This document shows, one piece after another, positions 39,835-53,422 of a DNA stretch of 64,000 nucleotides. The stretch is from Felis catus (Eukaryota), in NCBI RefSeq assembly GCF_018350175.1, contig NC_058368.1, forward strand, positions 45,386,001 to 45,450,000. The letters are read 5' to 3'. A model generated the notes under the pieces. It was not told where the DNA came from and did not search any database. It saw only the letters and a program-made list of their open reading frames with translations. Within the stretch, counting starts at the first letter, position 1. Each line of letters starts with the position of its first letter. The position numbers and the translations under genes are program-made.

Positions 39835-40787
39835 AAGTATCAACTTTTAAATGACACTTTAATTAAATCTCCCACCTAGAATTTTCTAGAAGAGGTTTCA
39901 ATTTTCAAGCAGATACAGACTCAAGTTATTCAGAGAAAAAAACTTCTTTTATATATTCTATAGTCTTTCATATTTATCAAATTCTCTTGAATGTATTTCC
40001 TCTATTTCCTACATTTTGAATATGTCCCATAGTCCAAGATATATTTTCAAAACAGAACCATTTGAGGTTAAGGTATTAATTCTCTTATTTTACTTCAGGT
40101 ATTTGACCTATTTATTTAGAGCCAGACTGTATGTATTACTATGTGAGCACTTCCTATGATATATTGAAAGTGAAAATGAGAACCACAGAAAATAGTTACA
40201 CATGGGTTGGTACTTTGAATATGTCTTTTATTCTAATTTTAAACTATCAATTTGATGTATGACTTTAAGACTATATAACTTTAAATTTATATGCTATTCT
40301 TCAGGTAAAGAATCAGGCCAATCCATATATCTAGTTAATTTCTACCAAGCTAAAGAAGCAGAACCATTTGAAATGAAATACCTATAAAATTAAGTTATAT
40401 TAAATTCCCTAATATTCTAAAATCTATATAGTGAGTGTATTTTTATTTTAAGGATACGTATATATATATCCCAAATTTGTGCCATTGCATTGTGTATTAT
40501 ATTGTGTTATTTTATCTCTTTTATGGGATTCTATGATATCATTCTCTATGATGGCATTTTCAGAAGTTAAATAAGTGAATTTCACTACATATTTGGGGGG
40601 ACATAATGCTGGCATGTAAACTCTGGCAATATTTACATGAGTTAATGTAAAAACTATGGTGATGATGAAGATGAAGTTGATACTGCTCTTGTTAGTACTG
40701 AGATTGCTATTACTACTAATAACAATAACAGTCTATCACTGTACTCTCTCCTAAATTATACAATTTAACTTTATACTAAAATTCCTA

Positions 40788-41010
40788 GGAGGCGCCTGGC
40801 TGGCTCAGTTGGTTGAGTGTCCAGCTTCGGCTCAGTTCATGATCTCATGGTCCATGGGTTCAAGCCCTGCGTCATGCTCTGTACTGGCAGCTCAGAGCCT
40901 GGAGCCTGCTTCAGATTTTGTGTCTTCTTCTCTCTCTGCCCCTCCGCTGCTTGCTTTCTGTCTCTCTTGCTCTCTCCCTCTCAAAAATAAACATTAAAAA
41001 AAATTTAAAG
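40788..41010 (+). mobile_element. CanSINE
   Basis: GGAGGCGCCTGGCTGGCTCAG head, CT tract, tail. Confidence 0.92.
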
Positions 41011-42919
41011 AAACTTCTAAAAGATAAAAATAAAACCAATGCCAAAATGAAAGGATAAGGAAGGATAAAAGAGAAGGAGGTGGGGGAGGAAAAAAGAAGG
41101 AAATATATTGTATCAGTAATAAATTAAACTTGAGGAAACATTTACAATAACTATTTTCTCTGCATTTATAAAATCGTACACATATGATTCCAAATAAGCA
41201 GGGTTAGGGAGGCATTCCATTCTAAGTTTTGAAGCATTGTGCTTATATAAACTTAATTTTTCAATGCAGGCTATTCACTAGTGTATTTTAGCATGTTTCA
41301 GAGTATTTTGTTTAATCATAAACCCAGATTGAGGTAGGGGTTGGGAGACAAACCTCAATTGCTTTATTAGTCATTGATATGAAGCAAATCAGAGGAGAAC
41401 AAGATTGAGATTAGGAAACAAAGCTGTGAGTCAGAGAAAGTGATTTGAAAAGGTAGACAATAGAGCACAAGGAAGTCCAGACAAAGAGGAGGTAGAGGCT
41501 TGTACTAGCACAGTGAGTAGGGTCTGTTCACTAACCCTGCTGATGTTAGATGGCTGCCATTTCTGTCCTTCTTGCATGGGGGTTTTTGTATGTCCTTAGA
41601 CATGGGATGAGAAAGGCTCTGGAGCCATGCCTGCTGCTAATTTCTCATTTTGGTATGTTTCTCTTTATTTTTAGGATTGGATAATCACTGTGAAGCAGAC
41701 GCTGCTTTTGCTGAGAAGAATTTCTTCATCTATAGTTACATATATGTGAAACATGCTTCTGGGATACAGGTGTGTAACAAGTCATTTTGTGATTTAAGCT
41801 GTTTTATTAAAAAGCCACTAAACCCTTTGGGTGTGCCGTCTGGTCTTTTGAGAGGAAGATAAAACCATCTTTCAGAATTGGTGGACTGGTAGACACAGAT
41901 ATGGGTCTGGCCCAAGGCCAGGGACCATCTTGCTCTGGTGTCTCTATGTAAAGGAGATGACAAAGCCATAAGTAAAACTTTAGGCTCATGTCTATTAGGA
42001 CAAAGCCTCTGAAAAGTGTTCCTATAGGCACGTGAAAACTTGAAGGAGTGGTGGTCTTCAGCCATTTGCTCTACAGTCATCGACATCCTACTGCTCAAGA
42101 AGCCAGAAATCTCTGAGGAAAGCCAAACTCCATTTCTGAGACACAGTGCTTTCCTCTACAATGTTGATGATTAGTGCAACATGTTTGGCAAAACCCAGTT
42201 CCTGCTCTGTCATGCTTATGATAAAGGAACTGGCAGATAGAGTTTAGATGATGCTGGCCTCCTTCCCCCTTTTGTTTATGATCATGGCCAGTCAGACTTA
42301 GGTACCATGCAGCACATATAACACTGGTGAGTAAGAATTACACCTTCAAAGATTCATGACCACAGGGGAGACAGTCCATGGCTACACTGGGACAGGAATG
42401 ACATGAGGACATTCTTTGGTTAGGACATGATACAGTATGGCCAGTCTCTTGGTTTACTTGCCAATTCTACTTCACTAGAACATGTATTAAGATAGAATTG
42501 AGTGGCATTAAATTTTTCTTCAATTCACTCAAATATTAGGAAACTCTGAGTTCATAACAGGAAAGGGGTTAGTAGAGACATTGGATAGACTATCTGGTCT
42601 TCTTGCTATTCTTGGAAGCACATGACTTAAGCATTACGCTCCAGGGAAATCTAGTGTTGTGTTACCTGCACTTTAAACTTTTTGGGTATGTTTTCCAGCT
42701 CTGTATGGTTGAAGGCTTAATAAAACAGAGCTAAGCCAATGCCTCCAATTCCAGTTTTAGTAAATTTTATGTGATGATAATCTTTCATTACTGACAAATA
42801 CTTTGATCTAAATTTGCTTTAAAATCACAACACCTTGCTATTAGAGCACTTTTTAAAACTGGAAGTACACTGAGAAAAAAAATACATACTTATAAACATT
42901 TATTTTTATTTTTTCAAAT

Positions 42920-43132
42920 TAAAAAAAAAATTAATGTTTACTTTTGAGTAAAAGAGAGAGAAAGAGCAAGAGCGGGGCGGGGGGAGGGCAGAGAGAGAGA
43001 AAGACAGAATCCGAAGCAGTTTCCAGACTCTGAACTTTAGCACAGAGCCCAATACAGGGCTTGAATCCATGAACCATGGGATCATGACCTGCACCAAAGT
43101 ATGACGCTTAACTGAGCCACCCAGGCACTCCC
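42920..43132 (-). mobile_element. CanSINE
   Basis: Reverse SINE body and head. Confidence 0.9.
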
Positions 43133-43679
43133 TTTTTATTTAAACTTTCAAGCAATTTTTTTTCAAACAAATACTGCGTATTTGTGCAAACGACTAAAAT
43201 AAAATAATTTGCATTAAACATCTGATTGGGACACAAACCTTTGCATCTTTTCTTTAAAAGAAATAAAAACATTTGAAGGATAGTAATGTGGGTTCTAGGC
43301 CTGATTTTCCCATAATAAATATGTTCCCTTGATCAAAGAAACTAAATGTTCAAGGCCTAATGTTTAGAGTTGCAGGGGTTGGTTTCGCAGGTTCCTTTTA
43401 TTCCATAACATTCTGTGTTTTGGTTCTAAAGTCTCGTGTGTAGTTCAGTATATTCATCTGTTAGTCTGATAAAAGTGCTAACTAACTTTGCAAGGTTGAA
43501 AGGCAATGTGGTGTGTGTACGAATTGTTTGGCTCTGCCGTATTACAGGGATATGGGGAATGACCTATTTATGCCTCTGTCATCCCTATTCTATAACTATC
43601 AGGTCAGCTATCATATACATAAGGTTGAGTTATTATTTTAATAATTTGTGTTGGCCTAAAATAGCAATAGGTAAATTTA

Positions 43680-43892
43680 CATTTTTTTTCAACGTTTATT
43701 TATTTTTTGGACAGAGAGAGACAGAGCATGAACGGGGGAGGGGCAGAGAGAGAGGGAGACACAGAATCGGAAACAGGCTCCAGGCTCTGAGCCATCAGCC
43801 CAGAGCCTGATGCGGGGCTCGAACTCACGGACCGCGAGATCGTGACCTGGCTAAAGTCGGACGCTTAACCGACTGCGCCACCCAGGCGCCCC
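43680..43892 (-). mobile_element. Young felid CanSINE (SINEC_Fc-like)
   Basis: Near-consensus and CpG-rich; TSD CAATAGGTA(A/C)ATTTA at 43665-43679 and 43894-43908. Confidence 0.95.
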
Positions 43893-44099
43893 TCAATAGG
43901 TACATTTAAACAAAACAAAGTCCTTTGTAGGGTAAGACTTATTCAAGTGTCTAAATAACCTGTCCCAACCATGTCAGTTTATTTGAGCCATGTATCTGCT
44001 TTGAAAACAAAAATGTGGCTGTTTGCAAGAGAAATTTATTTTTTGACACAAAAGTAGTTAAAAGCCCTAAGTCAGATAAATACTAAATGACTGTCATCA

Positions 44100-45130
44100 C
44101 TGCTTTACTAAAAATGTTCTTATTAATGTTACTAATTTCCTGCTAATTACTGTAGCCAAAGGCTAAAATTTTGTTTAATTATCCTAAAGGGCTTAACAGT
44201 CTGGCAATATTGATTCACCCTATTTCTAAAAATTTTTTTCTACTCCCTATTGTCTTCAAAGTTGTTTTATCTCCTTTATTTCAATTCTGCCATGGTCTCC
44301 CCTTCTGTTCCTCCACCTCTGCCCACCCTTTTAAGAGGAAATTTCCCCCTCTTCTGTTTTTCACTCTTAGTTCTCCCTGGATGGCATTATTCATCCCCAT
44401 AGTGGTGGTTATTATCTCAAGATCCTCATGTTGATCCCAAATTTAATTTCCATAAAGGATTAACTATTCCTATGTACTTAAATATTCTATACAGGGACCT
44501 CAAAACTGACGTCCAAAAGCCAAACTTACTTCTCTCTCACTTAGGCTTTTTCTTTAGTTTATAATTTTGGCTGTACTAATAAAGTGACTATTCAACTCTT
44601 GCTTGTGTTGGAATAACTAACAGCATGTTAGATTCTCCATTCTTCACTGTTATTTTCTGCTGACCATTATCAAATCTTGTCCAATCTACCTCAGTAAGAG
44701 CTTTAGTTAGAATCTCTTAATCCCTATTTATTGCCTTCCTAGGGCTTCATCATCTTCTGTTTATAGTCTTATCGTGGTCATCAGCCTCCTAATTTTTTTT
44801 CTTGCCTACTAATCCTTTTTCAGCCAAATCATTTTTTGCAAAGCCACCTGAATGGCTAGTACCCTACCTTATAAGCATTCTTAGTACCTCCCAGTTAATA
44901 TAAAATCCCATTAATGTAGCAGTGATGTACATAATCTAAACTCAATCCACCTATCATAGAATTTGACCATGTCACCATCTTCTCTTTAACATGCCATTCA
45001 CAGAATTACCCCACCACATTGAACTTCTCATGACCCCACAAACTCACTGAGCTTTCATGATTCTGAACCTACCATTGCAGAGCCTGACCCAGCTCAAACA
45101 TCTCCTTCTAGATAATGTATTTTGTGATTT
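44100..45130 (+). mobile_element. L2 fragment, highly decayed
   Basis: Pyrimidine-rich L2-like stretch (acctcaaaactgacgtccaaaagccaaac; accccaccacattgaacttctc). Confidence 0.55.
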
Positions 45131-46738
45131 CAACAGGAACATTAAGGAGTTGAAAAGTGGTATATATTCCCTCTAGAGAAGCCACAAATATGAACCCAAG
45201 CCAAGACCAGAGTCAAGGACAAGAATTTGTATTCATTTTTGAGTCTTTCTGTACTCTTGGAGCCATTTCCTCTGCTGGTTTAAAATAAGCTTCTACTATG
45301 GAACTGAAATGGGAAAAAAATGATTCAAGTGAAGGAAGACCTTTTATTTGGAGATGGACACATGGAATATACTCATCAGAGATTACTTGGGATACAGACA
45401 TACATGCTTCTCTCCTCTGCATTGTATGGTACCATGCGTTATTGTATCCATTAGCTTGAAAGGATCATATGAGCTGCATATATCTTTGTAGTTAATATGG
45501 CTATTATCTATACTAATTTGCAACAAAAATATAATCCACCTTGAATGTATATTTCCTTTCTTAAACTTATTTTAAAACATTTAAAATACTGGTTCATTTA
45601 ATATTTATAATGAATTAATAAGTTTATGCAATTTTTTACTGATTAGTATTAAGTAGCTAGTTAAGTTTATTGGTTTATGTTAAACATTCAATTCAAGGCA
45701 CAATACAGGTGAATTGAAATTGTAATGTTACTATTATAATAGTCAATTATGTTTTGCTTAAATTATTCATAACCCAAATGTCCTCATTCTATGGCACATA
45801 TTCATATGAAAACCAGGTTTTCAAATATGTATTTGGTCAGTACAAAATATTAGCTGGTTCCTGAGAATTCTGTTACAGGAGTCACAAATAAAATTACTAT
45901 GACAAATATGCTTAATGGTTATTCTGCAGATGTTCCATTATACAACTCTACTCATGCTATTAATCTTTTGAAACCTATTACCATTCTTACAGACAAGACC
46001 ATCAACTATACTAATGTTGTTAATTGTCTAATTCCAGTAGTCTTGAAAACAGACATTAGAAGCAGCCTTAGGTAAAAACAAAAAAAGCCTGACAACAACC
46101 CAAATGGATAGCTCTAAGCTATAAAGTGAAGGAACTCTAAAAATTCCATAAAGACAGCCTTCTGAATGTATAAACTGGACTGTCACTAACAATGGGTATT
46201 CACTGTAAGTAAATTTCAAAAAGTGTACATCATAGTTCCTAGGACAACAGAAGCTCCAAATTGCAATATTTTATTACTTAAAACATAATGAAGTACTTTT
46301 GACAATTTTTATTTCCTACCAACTAATTCAAATGACAGTTTTCGCTTCTTGAAGTCTTATTATCTCTATGAAATGCTGCATATCCTTCATGATTAATTTT
46401 ACAGGTAATATATATTATGTAATACATTAGAGAATATATAACCACATATAGAAATATATATCATACACATAATTATATATATTATATATCACATATATAA
46501 TTATTCATGTATCTGTGAAAACAGGACTAGCAGAGGATCCATGGAGAAATTTAGTAGAATCCAGGAAATAAAAATAGATCCCTTTTCTAATTGTCCTTTT
46601 ATTTGCAGAAGAAAACTGCCAAAAGTTATGAAAGTAAAACTTTTTGATCTGGATATTAGCATGAGTATCTTTGTTAAAAAATATTTTTATGGTATTGTTT
46701 CCATCTTTCTCACTTTTCATCTCTAAATACAACTTTTA

Positions 46739-46966
46739 TTTATTTTTATTTTTATTTAATTTGTTTATTTTTAATTGTTTATTTACTTTTGAGAGAGCAC
46801 AAGCAGGGGAGGGGCAGGGAGAAAGAGGGAGACAAAGAATCCAAAGCAGGCCCCAGGCTTTGAGCTGTCAGCACAGAGCCTGACACGGGGCCTGAACTCA
46901 TGAACTGTGAGATCATGACCTGAGCCAAAGTCACACACTTAACTGACTGAGTCACCCAGGCACACC
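46739..46966 (-). mobile_element. CanSINE
   Basis: Reverse SINE with a degenerate TSD (TAAATAyAAmTTTTA). Confidence 0.9.
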
Positions 46967-47339
46967 TAAATATAAATTTTAGTTTCAAGGATCAACCTAG
47001 AACCAGGCTCCTGGAGGAAGTCCCTCCCACCCGACCATCTAGAATGATGAATAGATGGGTGTTTTCTCAATCCCAATATAGTACTCAAATATCATGTGTA
47101 GTACATGCATCAGAAATACAAGTGACCCTAAGTGTGTACCTGTTACCTGAATGAAAGGACATAATCTCTTAAACTCCTGCCTATTCTCTTAGTCTTTCCT
47201 GACTTATATTACAATTATGGTCTAGCCCCGGCTCTTTGCCTTCACCACTCCTTCCAAAAAAATCCAGATTTAATTCATAACTATCTGTCTTTCTATGTCT
47301 TCCCAACAACTGCTTTTGATTTTCTTCATTTTATTACCT

Positions 47340-47645
47340 GAAATATTCTTCTCACTTGTTGACCACCTCAAATCCTAGTGCCAACCTAGATGCCTCTTTG
47401 ATCAGCTTCTCAGGTTCCTTAACAGACGTGTTGTCTAAGTTCTTCCACAGCACCCTTGAATTTCATTATAACATATTACACTGCAAAGTACTTGCTGGTT
47501 TGGTTTGCTTTCACTTTTATATCATAAGCTGTATGAATAAAAAAAGAGAGCTTGACAGCCTTATGTGTTTGTGTCTCATCAGTGTTGGGGACAGCTCTTG
47601 ACACAGAGTGGCCACTCAAAATGTTGTTGCATGAATAAATGAAAG
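47340..47645 (+). mobile_element. L2 3' end
   Basis: Ends gacacagagtggccactcaaaatgttgttgcatgaataaatgaa, typical of the L2 terminus. Confidence 0.7.
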
Positions 47646-48092
47646 AGTAAAGAGGAGAAAGTCAGCAGAGAAACAACAGTGTTTATGTGATGTATGCTCA
47701 TTAAATTGAATTGTATCAAAAATAAGCATTTGATTTCAACTCCTTCAAAAATAGTCGTGACATAATCAATGAGAAAAATCAGGAAAACTTTACAGGTGAC
47801 TTTTTCTTATTATCTACATTTTTTAATATTGGTTCTATTAAATGTTTGAAGAATAGCAGAAAAGTCAATGAAAGGAATGAAAAAGAACAAAAGCTTTTGT
47901 AACACTTTCTCCAGGATCCATCCATGAATCAAACAAGCCTTCCTGAATTTAACTACATTAATAATTTATTTTGGGACATGGAACTGCATATCTACTCTAA
48001 TTTATATTGTTCACCAAAAGATTAATAGTATAATTATGCATTATTTAATGTATATAATTTTTAAGGGAGAAATAATATATCTAAGATTTAAA

Positions 48093-48306
48093 TTTTTGTT
48101 TTTTAACGTTTATTTATTTTTGAGACAGAGAGAGACAGAGCATGAACGGGGAAGGGGCAGAGAGAGAGGGAGACACAGAATCGGAAGCAGGCTCCAGGCT
48201 CTGAGCCACCAGCCCAGAGCCCGATGCGGGGCTCGAACCCACGGACCGCGAGATCGTGACCTGGCTGAAGTCAGACGCTTAACCGACTGCGCCACCCAGG
48301 CGCCCC
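48093..48306 (-). mobile_element. Young felid CanSINE (SINEC_Fc-like)
   Basis: CpG-rich; perfect 15-bp TSD TATCTAAGATTTAAA at 48078-48092 and 48307-48321. Confidence 0.96.
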
Positions 48307-48531
48307 TATCTAAGATTTAAAAAAAAACAGTAAAAACTCTGGAACTGTCTTGCAAAAACATACACCTTCATCCAAAATTTTTAAGGCTGTTAGAGTCTGA
48401 ACTGGGGGTGCAATGATTCAATCATGATAGAAAATGACACCAAGTGATCTTATAAAAGTTTGAATTATTTTCATGGTGTTCACAATTTATAGTTAAAAAT
48501 CCTTTCAACCCATTTGTAATACGTACTTTGT

Positions 48532-48597
48532 CTGGAAATTTCTATCCACTGGAAAAATCTATCCGCTGGAATAATTTTATCCATCGGAATCTATCCA
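48532..48597. repeat. Degenerate ~17-bp tandem repeat, 4 units
   Basis: ctggaaatttctatcca / ctggaaaaatctatccg / ctggaataattttatcca / tcggaatctatcca. Confidence 0.8.
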
Positions 48598-49055
48598 CTT
48601 GTAGCTTTTATTGTATTCATCAACTATGACCACATCCTTATAAAAATGTCAAGAAAAGACCCTGAAAACATTGTTTTTTTAATGATTAAAAATTGATAAT
48701 GGAGGCAGGCTATCTCAGGATGCATTTCTTTACCACATTTTTCTCTAAAACAAATCAACCTCAAATGACCTTACCTGGAATCCTGTGATCCTGTTTCAAT
48801 TTTAATGCTTAAAAATAAGGGCTTTAATATTTTATACCAATAAATGAAAGTTAGCTCTTTCCTGAACTTTTATTTTATCTCAGAAATAGTGTCACCATTC
48901 AAGCATACAAACCCCTTCTGTCTTGCAGGTAGAATTTAATTTATCATCAATCCCAGGAAAGAATAAAAAACACTTTGAAGAAAATGAACATTAGAAAAAC
49001 ATTTTTATATGCACCTAAATAAAAATTAATCAAAATTATTCTCATCCCCTCAGGT

Positions 49056-49062
49056 ATATGTA

Positions 49063-49094
<32 letters not shown>
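49056..49094. repeat. (TA)n microsatellite
   Basis: Visible TA run. Confidence 0.9.
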
Positions 49095-50689
49095 ATTCAT
49101 ATATACAATAAACAATAGCAAAAAGTTCTAATGAAATATTACAATGTTCAGTGGGTTCATTTCAATGGCAACTTGGAAGACCAGACCCTGACTGAGTGGT
49201 ACTTCCTTTGCAAATGCAGGATCAAAAGGTCAGCAAATGTACAGGGATAAATGGCTTATGTTTTACTGGCCCACAGAGGCAGTACCCATCTGATTTATAG
49301 CTCTCTGGATCTTAAAACCCTGCAACCTGTTTAAAAGAATACTCTAGTATGGAACTCAGATCAATGAGATACAGGGGGTCAATTAGCAAAATGTCCCAGT
49401 GTAAACAGGACTGGAAGGAAGTGTGTTGAACACAAAGGAGTGAAACACAAAGGCCTTCCATAGGGTCCTGTACAATAAGTAAATATTACTGGATGAGGGC
49501 TTTTCTTTTTCTGGCTATTGACAGTATTTGTTTGCAAATATAACCAAAATAACAATAAAATAATTAAAAAGGTAGTCTTTCTGATTCTCTTTGTCATGTA
49601 TAAAGCATATGAAACCACAGAATGATATTTATTTATGAGGTGTATGTTCTAAGCACAAAAATATGGTGTGAGCCAATGAGTCAACAATGGACCCAAGTCT
49701 AAGTGTTGGGTTTGCAATTAATTAGCTCTATGAATTTGGGCATGTCATCTAATCTCCCTGGTGCATAACTTAAAGTACTTAAGTAGCACTTGAAAATGCA
49801 AAGCCTGTAAACTTCTGATGAGTACAGCTAAAATGTCCTGTACCTTTACTACATTTTCAGGGAATTTAAAGTCTTTTTATTTAATTCCTTAAATCCTCCT
49901 TTTCCACTGTTACCTCCTTTACTCACTTGTGCAAGGAATCTGCTAGATTTTTTACTCCTTTTCTGTATTCCACACTGTGATTGAACTGACTCTAGGACAG
50001 ACATGATTTCTGTGCTGATCTAGGGCTATTTGCATGCCAAGGTCAGGGAAGAGAGTGGGACCAATTCTTAGGGGTCTAAGCCTGGGGGAAGAGCGGGTAT
50101 GGGGAGCACTTATCTGTACAGAACTGAATAACAACGATAAAGTCAAGGAAAAGCTGGTCTGCTTTCTATTATCACTTTGATCTGGTTTTAAACAACATCA
50201 GTAATAACATCCAGAAAAATCTGTGCTTGAGTCTAAGTTCTAAACAATTGCCTGTGCTGTACTATCCAGCTCCTGCCTGGGATCAGTTTTCATTCAATCA
50301 TTTTTCACTTCAAATGTGAAGGATGGAGAAAATATCACACTTTGCAGATGAAGATGTCTCATATGAAAGTATGATGTGAAATGAATTTATCAGCCAAACA
50401 ATTTCAGGAAAGCAGATTACTTTGCATTTAAATTAAGTATAATAAATATGAGTTAGTTATTTAATAATATAATAGAATGAAATATGTAAATGTCATTAAA
50501 TTTATCTTTTCTGTTCTTTATTGTTCATTAAAATGCAAGCAAAGCAAGAGAGATAGTACTGAGATGGATGTTTCCATCCTACTTTATGTACATATAACTA
50601 CCTGAGTTTACTCCTAGATAGAAATAGATGTCTATCCATAACTACTTAAGTATTTTGGATCCAATCACAATTTCAGTCATAAATAATTT

Positions 50690-50863
50690 TTAATTCAACA
50701 TTCATTTTGAGATAGCTATAGATTTACATGTACTCATAAAATCAAGAGACCCAGTTTCTGTTAATGATGACATCTTGTGAAACTTTGTAACTAGGATATT
50801 GGCATTCATGTAATTCACCAGTCTTAATCAGCGATCCCAGCATTCTTTGTATTTATGTATGGG

Positions 50864-50909
<46 letters not shown>

Positions 50910-51230
50910 CCATGCATTTAATTCTATGAATGCCTGTCACATGCATAGGTCCACGGATGTATATCCAACACCACAGATAACATACAGAACTGTTCCATCT
51001 CCATGGGGATTCACTGTGCTGCCTATTTATAACCACTCCTCACTCCACCCCTGACTTTAAACCTGGCAGTTGCTGATCGGTTCTCCAAATCTATAACGTT
51101 ATCATGGCATGTATGTTAAATAATGGAATTATACTGTACTTAACCCTTTGGGATTAGCTTTTTTCACTTAGTATATTTCTCTGCATTGATAGTTTGTTCC
51201 TTTTATTAGCAGGTAGTATTCTATGTTATC
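50690..51230 (-). mobile_element. Old L1 (L1MD/MB-type) 3' end containing (TG)n at 50866-50907
   Basis: Antisense L1 3' motifs (atacagaactgttccatc, aaataatggaattatactgtac..ttttcacttag). Confidence 0.75.
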
Positions 51231-53206
51231 TTGGTTAATTTAAAAGTATCTCTTCTTTTTGGCAGAACTCTCACAATTTTATATTTTTATGTATTAATGT
51301 GTTAAATTGGGGAAAATACCTAGTGCTTTAAAATGTAGACTTTCTCAATCATACTAATAATAGTAAATAATTTTAGGGCCTGTGTTGTTGCCAGGTATTG
51401 TCTAAGTTTTTTAGACAAATCAACATGTTTCATCCTGGTTACTTCTAAAGATAAGGACACTTACTACCATTTCTGTCAATGTAGAAAAAATAGGGGAAAT
51501 GTTAAGAAACTTAAGCTAGGGACTACCTAGAAAGTGATCAATATTTTTGCCCAGGCAGTAGTCTGCACCTCCAGAATAAGCAGAAAACTTGAGGATTTGC
51601 ATTTTACATATATACACCCCCTTCTCTTACCCTCAAATTTATTTTGATGGAGAAATTATTGCACTATTACATCATTTGACTATAGCACAAATTTATTAGA
51701 CACTGTTATATACCATATATTTTATTTACTGCTAGGAAACCATAGTGTGACATGTGAGATAAATATTTAATTAAGTCGTGAGACAGCAAAAAGTTATAAT
51801 AACCAGCATTAGGTAGAAAGTGCTATGAACATACAGAGGAGGAAACAACTAATTTTTGGAACTGAAGCATGAACAACTTATGAGAAAACATAAATTGAAT
51901 TTGGTTCTGAAGGTTAGTACAAAAGGTTCAGAAGTGTTTCTAATTCCAAGAATAAGAGAAGAAAAGTCTTGGAGATGTGGTTGTACATAACATGACAGGG
52001 GATTGTTGAATAGCTTTCTATGGCTGGAGTTGAGAATGCATAAGGGCAGTAGCTCTTAAAATTTCCAAGAGATAGACTAGGACCAAGAGATAAAGAACCC
52101 TGTGTGTTATTCCAAGTTGGTTGGAATTTCTTATATGCAATGAGAGAACATTTTTTTTTTACAAGGCACCTCATAGGCTTGTTATTGTATCTGAAATCTG
52201 TTACAGTTGTGCATTTAGAATTCCTACAGTTACCGAGAAGTATTCTTATAACCCCTGAGTTTTTAAGTAACAATTTAGGGAACTATTTGTCAAATTATAT
52301 TTTTAAAAATGAAAATGTAGGCACATCACATTTCCTGAAACACATAAATTTTAAAGCATGATATCATGTTCAAAAGATTTTAAATAGGAATCAGATTTCT
52401 CTTCCTACAGAGGCCTGGAAGATAACCAAATAGTAAGTGCATAGAAATAGTTCACTTATACAAATTAATATGCTGTTTCTTTTTTCTTGCTACTTGTGAT
52501 GTCTTGATCTTTTTTTTTTTCCCCATTTTTGACAGAGACACGAGGACAGAGAAACAATTTGCTACTCTAAGAAAAAATAGCAGCTCTAATGTGGTAATAA
52601 ATGATAACTGACATTTAGGACCATTTTCGGATATCCAAAAAGTAGTCACAGGTAGGTTGAGGAAGTGGGCACACAGAATTAGTGTAAATACATCAAACAC
52701 CACTCCTCTGTAAACTGAATGCCGCCATGCAGAAATCAGACTCAGTATTTTTAGAGACCATCTTTTTAGATTAAAAAAAGATAAATGAGAGTTATATTAT
52801 TTTTATCTTCAGTATTTGAAAAATGGACTGAAATAAGCCCAAGAGCCAGTGGTTTGCATCATGGGACCTTGATTCAAATTTTGAAATGTCAATGGTACAT
52901 CGCTGCAGGGCTGAGATATAAGGCAGTCCTCCATGATGAGCTAATCAAACAAACATTTGAAATGGAACATTATATTTTAACACCAAACGTTTTCTTGAAG
53001 GTTTTATCACAAATGTAGGGCGATGTCCATATCTTCTGTCAGTATATTAGTGATAAGGTTATTATTTTTCACTTGCCAATTCAAACTAAAATAAAATTAG
53101 ATGCATTCTTATTGAAATCAGATAAGAATTTATCAGGAAAGTATAAAGATGCAAATTATGTCAATCTGTTGCATCATTGGGTGTAAACTCTGACACATAC
53201 TGTATT

Positions 53207-53422
53207 AAAAATTTTTTTTTAAAAATCTTTATTTATTTTTGAGAGACAGACAGAGCGTGAGCAGGGGAGGAGCAGAGAGAGAGGGAGACACAGAATCCAA
53301 AGCAGGCTCCAGGTCCTGAGCTGTCAGCACAGAGCCCGACGCAGGGCTCAAACTCACCAACTGCGAGATCATGACCTGAGCCAGAGTTGGACGCTCAACT
53401 GACTGAGCCACCCAGGTGTCCC
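53207..53422 (-). mobile_element. CanSINE
   Basis: TSD TGACA(C/T)ATACT(G/A)TATT at 53191-53206 and 53423-53438. Confidence 0.93.

Noticed and set aside
40085..49060. Other AG|GT junctions on the plus strand (~40098, ~40304, ~48928, ~49053)
   Set aside because: Weak donor halves; expected by chance
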